From: Callorhinchus milii
Taxonomy: Eukaryota
Reading direction: 5' to 3'
Length of the DNA stretch: 64,000 nt
Assembly (NCBI RefSeq): GCF_018977255.1
Contig: NW_024704755.1
Location: 744,001 to 808,000, forward strand
Translations under genes and position numbers: made by a program
The notes under the pieces: generated by a model
Database searches by the model: none
What the model was told of the DNA's origin: nothing
The model's input: the letters and a program-made list of their open reading frames with translations, nothing else
In this document: positions 55,148 through 64,000 of the stretch, in pieces
Layout of the letters: each line of letters opens with the position of its first letter
Numbering within the stretch: the stretch's first letter is position 1

Positions 55148-57014
55148 TTGAGCGAATGCCTTCGTCCTTTGCTGTAAACATTCTGTGGTTTCACTGAGTG
55201 AACACAGTTGAATTTCACTACATAAAGAGATGTTTAGTGTCAGATTACACTGAAGACATTCCTGGGCAGAGCACTCTGTAACAAGAGATCAAAGGCTCGG
55301 GCGCTCTTAAACCTCAATAATTATTTTTTTCCCCTTTTAAGCACTGCCCCCCCCCACGCGCTTTCCTCCTCTCCTCTCGCAGAGCCATCACCGCTCAGTG
55401 ACACAAGGTCAGGCAGTCACCAACAGCTCAGCCCTGGCTTCCTGCCCGGGAACAAAGCCTTCACCATGTTCACCTCTAACAGCTTCAGCATGTGTGGAGC
55501 TCACGCTGGCCCGAACCAGACAATAACAACCCTCACATCTGACAAACGCCTTTCACATCGGGAGGACGTCCCTAGGAGCTGGGATTTGCACCCGAGCTGG
55601 GGGTTGGAATCAAGAGGGTGGGAGCGTGACCGAAGGCACGGTTAAAGACAAAGGTCTTGAGACGGGCCTTGAAGGTGGCGAGGCAGTGGGCGAGGTGGAG
55701 AGGCTCCAGGATGGAGTTCAGAGAATCACAGGATTCACTGTAAAGTGCAGTGACTGTGGATTTGCGGGTGAATGCAGAAGCTACGTTGCGCACAACAACG
55801 CGCCACAAACAGGCATGAATGAATGACTGATTTTATCTGGGGGGGTTTGTTGGCAAGGACACTGGGAGAGAGAGAAACTCCCTTCTAATAATAATAATAA
55901 TCCTTGCATTTGATATAGCACTTTTCACGTCGGGAGGACGTCCCAAAGCGCTTCACAGAACACACTGTAAAGTGAATTGACTGTATATTTGTGGGCGAAC
56001 GCGGCAGCCAATTGCGCACAGCAATGTCCCACAAACAGTCGTAGATTGAAAATGACCAATTTATTATTGTTTTTGGTTTTGGAGGTATTATTATTAGGCT
56101 CTGTGTGGAGTAAGGAAACTTGCCCAAGGTTTCGCCCTCTGCCTGGAATTGAACTCAGGTCTCTCACTTGCAAAGCGAGTGCTCTAACCACTGAGCTACA
56201 GGATGACACACTTCTCTTTACCAATAGTGGCCATAGGATCTTTCCCACCTGAACAGACTTTGTTTAATTTCTCATCTGAAAGATGGCAACTCCCACAAGA
56301 CAACATCCCCCTAACATTGCATTTGAGCGTCAGCTTGGACAATGTGATTCCATGTCCTGGCGTGGGGGCTTGAACCCACAACCTTCTGACTCAGAGGCGA
56401 GAGAGAGAGAGAGAGAGAGAGAGAGTGATAGCCACTGAGCCAGGTTGATATACAAAGGATTGAAGGAGTGTGGGGTTAGAGAGGACAGTGGGATTCAATG
56501 AACAGCCCACTCTGAGAGCCGGGGTGGGCTCGATGGGCTTAATGGCCTCGAACTGCACTGTAAATGTCTGTGATTGTGAGAGGGAACTAAAGAGAGGTTT
56601 CATTACAATACAAAAGTGGAAGGGAACACAATTCCTTTCGGTCACCTCTCACCCTCCTGATTCCTTCTCTAATTCCCTTTTCAGAAGTGATTCCAGATTC
56701 TGCCTCAGTCAGTGGTTTTGGTCTGGAATTGTGTGTGCTGATCATGCTCCATGTGTACAAAAACTATTCCAGCCTCTCACTGGGTTATTTTCAGTGAATA
56801 TGAAATCAATGCCCTCTGATTACCCACTCAGCCACCAACGGAGAGAGTCTCTCTCAGAATCCCGTCATGTCACCCAGTCACCACACAAACACCTTTTCCT
56901 GGCTGTGTCCTGGAAACAACAATAGCCGAGCACCGAGGCAGGAAACAGAGCTGGAGCAACTGGTCACATCCTTCCTCTGGTGACTGAGTGTGAGAGACGT
57001 CTGCCACCAGTCCA

Positions 57015-57602
57015 CGCACACTGAGACACAGAGACACAAACACCAAGAAACACACACTGAGACACAGACACTGAGAAACACACACTGAGACACAGACACT
57101 GAGAAACACACACTGAGACACAGACACTGAGAAACACACACTGAGACACAGACACTGAGAAACACACACTGAGACATAGACACTGAGACACAGACACTGA
57201 GACACAAACACCAAGAAACACACACTGAGACAAGACACTGAGACACACACACTGAGACACACACTGAGAAACACACACTGAGACATAGACACTGAGACAC
57301 AGACACTGAGACACAAACACCAAGAAACACACACTGAGACACAGACACTGAGAAACACACACTGAGACACAGACACTGAGACACAGACACTGAGAAACAC
57401 ACACTGAGACACAGACACTGAGAAACACACACTGAGACACAGACACTGAGAAACACACACTGAGACACAGACACTGAGAAACACACACTGAGACACAGAC
57501 ACTGAGACACAGACACTGAGACACAGACACTGAGACACAGACACTGAGACACAGACACTGAGACACAGACACTGAGGAATGTAAACACTGGGAGACACTG
57601 AG
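57015..57602. repeat. ACACTGAG-based satellite (ACACAGACACTGAG / AAACACACACTGAG)
   Basis: Visible tandem array. Source of the SVCVSQC ORFs. Confidence 0.95.
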
Positions 57603-60509
57603 AATTTCAGACTTGGTTAACTGTGGCTCTGAGATTGTGGGTTTGATCCTCCTCACTGACGGGGGTTTGAGCTCACAGTCCAGGCTGACGCTCAGCGCAG
57701 TAACAGAGGGATGTGGGGAGTGGGAGTGGGGAGTGGGAACGCCGCAGTGTTGGACGTGCCGTGGTTTAGGTGGGAGCTAAACCGAGGCCCAGCTTGAATA
57801 TTTTCCAGGACTTTTAAGGTCCTGTGATGTGACCAGGAAAAGAGATGCGAGTTTCTCCAGGTTCTCTGGCCGGCATTCCCCCAAATAATGGGTCGTTCAC
57901 CTCCTTCCCAATGTGTGGGACCAGAGGCATTCCCAGGATTAATGTGGGGAGAATGGCGCCCTCCTGTGGCCACGATGCACATTTCACCAGTGTTTCCAAC
58001 TCGATGGGCAAATGCGCAACAGAATGTCATTTGTGGGAATTTCTTAACAGGAAAATCCTGATGGAAGTCACTCCGAGGAGTTGAAGACCTGGGGTTTCCA
58101 GGGGTTGGTTTTGAGGTACTTCTGGCTACTGAAAGGGTTCCCCACCCCCAACAACATTTAAGAGAGAAGTTGATAATTATTTGGGGAGGACAAGTTTGCA
58201 GGGCTATGGGGAGAGCGCGGGGGAGTGGGATTGATTTGGAAGCTCTTTTCAAAGAGCAGTACAGACACGATGGGCCGAATGACCTCCTTCTGTGCTGTAT
58301 AATTCTATGATTTTATAATTTCATCCACTGGCTTTCCTATAATCAGGAAACTTGCATTTTAGAAGAAATACCTCATTGTAGAGCTCTGCCTTTGTTACTG
58401 ATTCTCTCCAAAAAGGGGAGGGCGGTTAGTGGCTAAGACTATTGACACATGATTAAACACAGAAACACACAGCAACTGAGTAATGCACTGACACACACAG
58501 AATCACACAGAAACTACTACTAACAATAATCCTTGCATTTGATATAACCCCTTATCACATCTTCGAGACTTCTCAAAGCACTTCACAGGATATACTGTTA
58601 AGTGAATTGACTGTATATACACAATGTGGGCGAAACACGGCAGTTTGGATTCCAAAATGAGATATACACCAACACACACTGAGACACAGAAACACGCATT
58701 GAGACAGATATAAAATATACACATTGACACTCAAACGCACTGATCTCAGTGAAGCATTGAGCCATTGGAGCCACTAGAGGACGGCGCTGCACCACATGCT
58801 GCCATTGTATCTCTGTTTAAGCACAATGTTTGGTTTCAGCACTGAATCCTAAACCATTGCCCCCCCCTCCCACACACACCCAACCATTTATCATTTCAAT
58901 CTATATATATATAGAGAGAGAGAAAGAAATTTATTTGGTTAGCATCCTGACTATTTTACACTGCCTCAGTGCAGAAATCGGGAGCAGAAAGCTGAGTAGA
59001 CAGTGATTGAAGCCCCAGTGATTGGGGCTGTGTTGTCAATGTGGTTCTCTTGCCACAAATGTGTGGAATTTTGTAACTTGGTCTTTGAGTTTATCTGTGG
59101 CTTTGACTTTACGCCGTTCAACTGACTGGAGCGTTGCACATTTCATTTCACAAAAAGCATTGATTGACCCCCACCAGAGGTTAATAATACCAGACCTCTC
59201 CTCCCCGTATCCAGAACAAGGGATAATAATCTTAATATTAGAGCTACGACATTTGGGAGTGAAATCAGGAGGCACTTTTGTAAATAGTGAAAATCTGGAA
59301 CTCTCTCCCCCAAAAAGCTGTGGATTGTGGGTGGATCCATTCACATTGTCAAGACTGAGGTGGAGAGATGTGTGTTAGGTCGGGGTATCAAGGGATATGG
59401 GGGCAAAAGGGGGTAATTGGAGTTGAGATACAGATCAGCCATGATGTAATAGAATGGTGGAATTGCCTTGAGGGTTTGAATGGCCTCCTGTTCCTATGTT
59501 CCATGTCATACATATTCGTCGTCTTTGTATTTTAATATAAAGAAAAGGCCTGAATTGAATTTAAGATTTATTTTGTTTTAACCCTTTCATGCCAATGCCG
59601 AGTAAGAGAACGACACCGACCGACTTTTGTACGAAGCGTTAAACCGAGCTCCCAGTCCGTCCTGTTCAGGGCAGACGTTGATGATCCCGGGATCCCAGGA
59701 CGCTGCCTGGAAAAGAAGGAGACGGGAGTTTCTCTCTCCCGGTGTCCAGGCTGAAGATCCCCACCTCCCCTCTCCCCCCGAGCGGGAGCCTGGCCTGGCT
59801 TTACCGGCCGGTGAGATCTGCCCACACTGTGACATGGCTACAATAAGCCAGACTCCACGACGCTCACTAATATCCCGGGACTGTCCCTCCCTCCCTCCCT
59901 CCCTCAGAGATGAGGACATGCAGCTTCCCTGAACTGGTATTGCTGCTCTCTCTTATATTCTCCCTTTCACAATCCTGTCGTGGATCCGCTGGGTTATCCT
60001 GTTAGAGGAAGCTAATGGGATCTGGTTGTGGTTTTACATGGAGGCTTACAGTGGGGGGGTGGGGGGGGGGGGGGGTTGTGCATGCTCCAGGCTGACCAAC
60101 GCTGCAACATTGCCTCTGGGTGGTCCTCACTTCAGCTTCTGTCAAACAGACTTGGAATCAGTAACTGCCTCAGAGGAAGGAGGGAGAGAGGGGGCATGTG
60201 AGTGAGACAGGAACGAGAGAGTGAGTGAATGAATGGATGAATGAGTGAGAGAGTCAGGGAACTATTTCAAGCCGAGGGAAGAGAGATTTTGGAACTCGCT
60301 ACCTGAAGTGGTGATGGAAGCAGATAGTGTAGATGCTTTCAAGAGGGAACTTGTCCCTCACATGGGGAAAAGGGGAAAAGAAGTGTGTGGTAGGGAGTGA
60401 GGAATAGGTGAAGATTATAAACACTGGCGAGGACTGGTTGGGCCGAATGGTCTGTTTCTGTGCTGTACAGTCTGTGTAATCTTCTTTGAAAGAGAGAGCG
60501 AATGATTCA

Positions 60510-60836
60510 GTAAGTGAGTGAATTCAGAGAGCGAGTGAGTGAAAGAGAGTGAGTGAGTGAGAATGTGAGTGAGTGAGTAAGAGTGTGAGTGGTATGAGTG
60601 AGTGAAAGAGAGAGTGAGTGAGTGAAAGAGTGAGTGAGTGAGCGAGAGTGTGAGTGAGTGAAAGAGAGTGAGTGAGTGAGTGTCAATGAGCGAAAGAGAG
60701 TGAGTGAGAGTGTGAGTGAGCGAAAAAGAGTGTGAGTGAGTGAGAGTGCGAGTGAGTGAGTGAGAGTGCGAGTGAGTGAGTGAGTGAGAGTGTGAGTGAG
60801 TGAAAGAGAGTGAGTGCATGAGAGTGTGAGTGAGTC
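60510..60836. repeat. (GAGT)n-like microsatellite
   Basis: Visible degenerate tetranucleotide array. Confidence 0.9.
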
Positions 60837-62683
60837 AGGAGAGCAGGCTTCAGGCTTGACTTGACGAGACACATCTGGCTGTTCATTTCTTCTGGTTAAA
60901 ATAAACAAACCGAGGTTTGCGCAGAGATGAACAACATGGGGGCTGCCGTTCCCCTCCTCGGAATCCACATCTGTTCTGGCCGCAGAGCTGAGGGGGAGAT
61001 CAGCTCCTGGTCTGGTCAGGAAGCTGGTTCCTGTGTCTGTAACACGGTCAGTCTGAGTTAAGGCAACATGTGCCATGGAAATGCGAGAGAAAGAGACTGA
61101 CCACAAGGAGTAACTGAAACCATATGAAAGTCTCTAATGTGCCTTTTCTGGCTAATTGATCTGTTGCGGGTCAGGACTGTGTCTGTGTCAGTGTCTGTGT
61201 CAGTGTCTGTGTCAGTATCAATGTCTGTGTCTGTGTCAGGGTCTGTGTCTGGCCTCACACCAGCCCCGCGTTCGAGAGCCCCCTGTAAACCTGCCGTGTC
61301 CCGAGCCTGAAATTCCACCCAGTCTCAGCCTGTGCAACAACAATAACAATAACAATATTCCTTATCACATTATTGCGACGTCTCAAAGTGAATATTTTGT
61401 TGCCGAAACTTTACCAACAACATCCACAGCAAATTGCATTTATGTAGTGCCTTTCATATTCGGAAGGATGTCCCAAGGCGATGAACAGGGGTTTGGATCC
61501 GAGCTGGGGGCTGGAATCAAGAGTGTGTGGGAGGCTTTGTGAAGGCCAACTCCCCCCACCCCTCTGGCTTGGGTCAGTGCCCAGCCAGTTATATGAATCA
61601 CTTTCAGACGTCCTCCTAATGTGAAAGGCGCCGTGTTAAGTGCAAGGATTATTATGATCATGATTATTATTATTATATTATTACAGTTTAAATCACTTGC
61701 TTGAGGTAATTTCTAAATGGTGTTCAGTGAAGGGTCAGCCAGACCAATAACACTGCCACCTCACATAGGAACGGATGTTATTTTTCTTAGTATGTTTGAA
61801 TCTCCTAAAATAGCTGATTTTTGCAGGAGGCTGAGATTTAGTTCACCGGCATGTTCAGGCATTGTGTCTCTAACCTCTGCCCCAATAAAACCTAGTCAGC
61901 ACTTTCATGTCAGGAGGATGTCTCAAAGCGCTTGGGGATGGGGTTTGGGGATGAGGATGGGAGCTGAGGGGGAGCTGGAGGGGAAAGAAAGATACACGAA
62001 AACGTGGACAAATAGGTAGGTCTTGACACATGCCATGAATGAGGGGGAGGGAGGCTCGGAGTGAGTTGGAGAGACTGTGGGACGGAGTACTAGAGGAGGA
62101 TGAGGAATAATAAACAGGGAACCCTCTGGGTGGGGGTTGGGTAGGATTGGGGAGATGGTTTTCAAATGGAGTTTAAATTTCAAACTGCACTTAATCTCAT
62201 CCGTAACAGACAGCAGACATCATTAAAATTCTAAAGTTAACATATGTTTCACAAGGCAATGTAGAGCTGTCATAGAGAGAGAGACTGGGTGAGTGACTAA
62301 CATGAGCGAGAGATGGAGAGGGACTGACTGACTGATTGACTAACACCCTGATCTGAGCAGAGGCCACACTCTCGCTCTCTCTCACTCGCTCTCCCTCTCC
62401 CCCTCCCGTGTGCTCTTGTCTGATTGCAAACCCGGAGGGTAACTGCAGTCAGTCCTGGACTCTGTGAATTGCACTGCAGGCTAATGAGATAATTACAGAC
62501 AAACCAGAAATATGGTTTACAGTCTATTTAAGTGGAGATTTATCTTGGAAACTGCCTGCCTGGCACTGACCGCTTGCACTTACTGCCAATAATCCTCTGT
62601 TCTCGGGAGTTCATCCCCACGAAACAGTGGGTCTAGTTTTCTTCCCACATTTACTTATTAATGATAATAATAATAATCCTTGC

Positions 62684-62788
62684 GTTCTGAAGAAGGGTTG
62701 TGGACTCGAAACGTTGACTCACTTTTCTTTCTCCTTAGATGCTGCCTGACCTGCTGAGTGTTCCCAGCGACTTCTGTTTCTGTTGTTG
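62684..62788 (+). mobile_element. Penelope-type retroelement fragment with a minimal hammerhead-like core
   Basis: CTGAAGA-A-GGGT-tgtgg-ACTC-GAAAC-GTT followed by GATGCTGCCTGACCTGCTGAG. Flanked by a 14-bp direct repeat ATAATAATCCTTGC (62670-62683 and 62789-62802). Confidence 0.6.
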
Positions 62789-64000
62789 ATAATAATCCTT
62801 GCATTTGATACAGCGCCTTATCACATCGTTGAGATGTCTCAGAGCGCTTCACAGAATATATTGTAAAGTCAATTGACTGTACATTTTGTGGGCGAAACAT
62901 GGCAGACAATTGAGTACAGCAGCGTCCCTCAAACAGTTGGGATTGATTGACCACATTTTTTTTTGAAGGAATTATTACCCCGGAAAGCAATCCACCAATC
63001 AACTAACAACCGGGTTCCGGTCTGGCTTGCTCCAACTCTGGCTCGCGTGGCAAGTGCTGTAACCACTGAGCTACAGGACTCCACTTTACTGGCGTCTCCA
63101 TGACTCTGGCTGTGCTGAGAAGAATGATGGACCACACACACACTGCTCAGTTATTAATATCTCACTCATTACTCTATGAGCAGGTGTTTGGGCCAGAAAC
63201 CATGCCATCAAAATTGCAACCCCCACCACATACACACGGACACACACAGCTCCCCGCAATCCCCCACCCCACACACACAGCATCCCCCTCCCCCCCCCCC
63301 CACACACACAGCACCCGCTCCACACACACAGCCCGTCCCCTCCCTCCCTCCAGCAGAGTGATTGCTGTCTCTGGTCCCACTGTCTTACAGAGATTCTCAC
63401 TGACAGCGCTGCTGATCAGATGCCCAACTTGTCCTTAACCCTTTCACGCCCTCCAACAAGGCAACCAAGACATTGGCTTCAGCACTGAGGGAGGCCATTT
63501 ACCCCATCATGTCTGTGCTGGTGCTCGCACCCCCACTGGAGCTCTCTATCCTAATCCCATTTCTTGCTAACTCCCCACTGATGAAGTGGAGTGAAATAAG
63601 GCTCATTCCTTAATTAAGTTCCTCTCTCCCACCCTCCACACCCCTCCCACTCCACAGCTCTCCCCCCACCACCTCCCACCCAGAGCCAGTGCTCTCACTC
63701 AGACACAGTGGGATGTGATCGGTGGCTGTTGTCTTTGGCAGTGAGTGTGGACGGTACCAGCACAGACTTTGTCTTACAGCCAATTTAATCATTCACTCAG
63801 CGTCGCTTCCCAAGCAGTGAGCAGGAGACATGCAGATCTGTACACAGGAGTAATTACACTGCGACTGTCCCACTGCGGCTTCCAGCCTGTGCCAGCCTCA
63901 CACAACAGCCAGGGGCCATAGCAGGACAGGTGTGTCCAGGTGCTTGTGTGTCTGTACAAGTGTGTACAGGTGAGTGTGTGTGTACAGGTGAGTGTGTGTG

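Noticed and set aside
56870-57656. Cys/Ser/Val-rich ORFs and a regularly spaced repeat that could suggest a CRISPR-like array
   Set aside because: It is a simple ACACTGAG satellite with no unique spacers, in a vertebrate context with no cas genes.
59022-59378. Unique-looking ORFs of 100-118 aa upstream of CDH5
   Set aside because: No recognisable domain or splice partners, and they partly overlap a CR1 3' fragment.

Overview
Compact vertebrate genomic window, most likely from a cartilaginous fish (inferred from Deu-domain SINE, L2, CR1 and Penelope-type repeats and from protein divergence). It is the syntenic counterpart of human 16q21-22.1, reversed: CMTM4(+), CMTM3(-), CKLF(-), TK2(+), an extra two-exon SPATA2-family gene(-), BEAN1(-) and CDH5/VE-cadherin(-). 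All seven genes were rebuilt by hand from splice sites and reading phase. Most long ORFs in the supplied track are artefacts of satellites, N gaps and SINEs. The best candidate for something undescribed is the SPATA2-like gene between TK2 and BEAN1, which has no counterpart there in the human gene order. It has a PUB-like domain, a DLYT HOIP-type motif, a C-terminal LIR-like motif instead of the Cys-rich tail, and an IRF/ISRE element upstream. Also notable: BEAN1 with a signal peptide and an LDLa-like domain, CDH5 with no furin site and natural Y658F/Y731F equivalents, a GC-AG intron in TK2, and a Penelope-type hammerhead-like motif. Human comparisons are from recalled sequences, not computed alignments.
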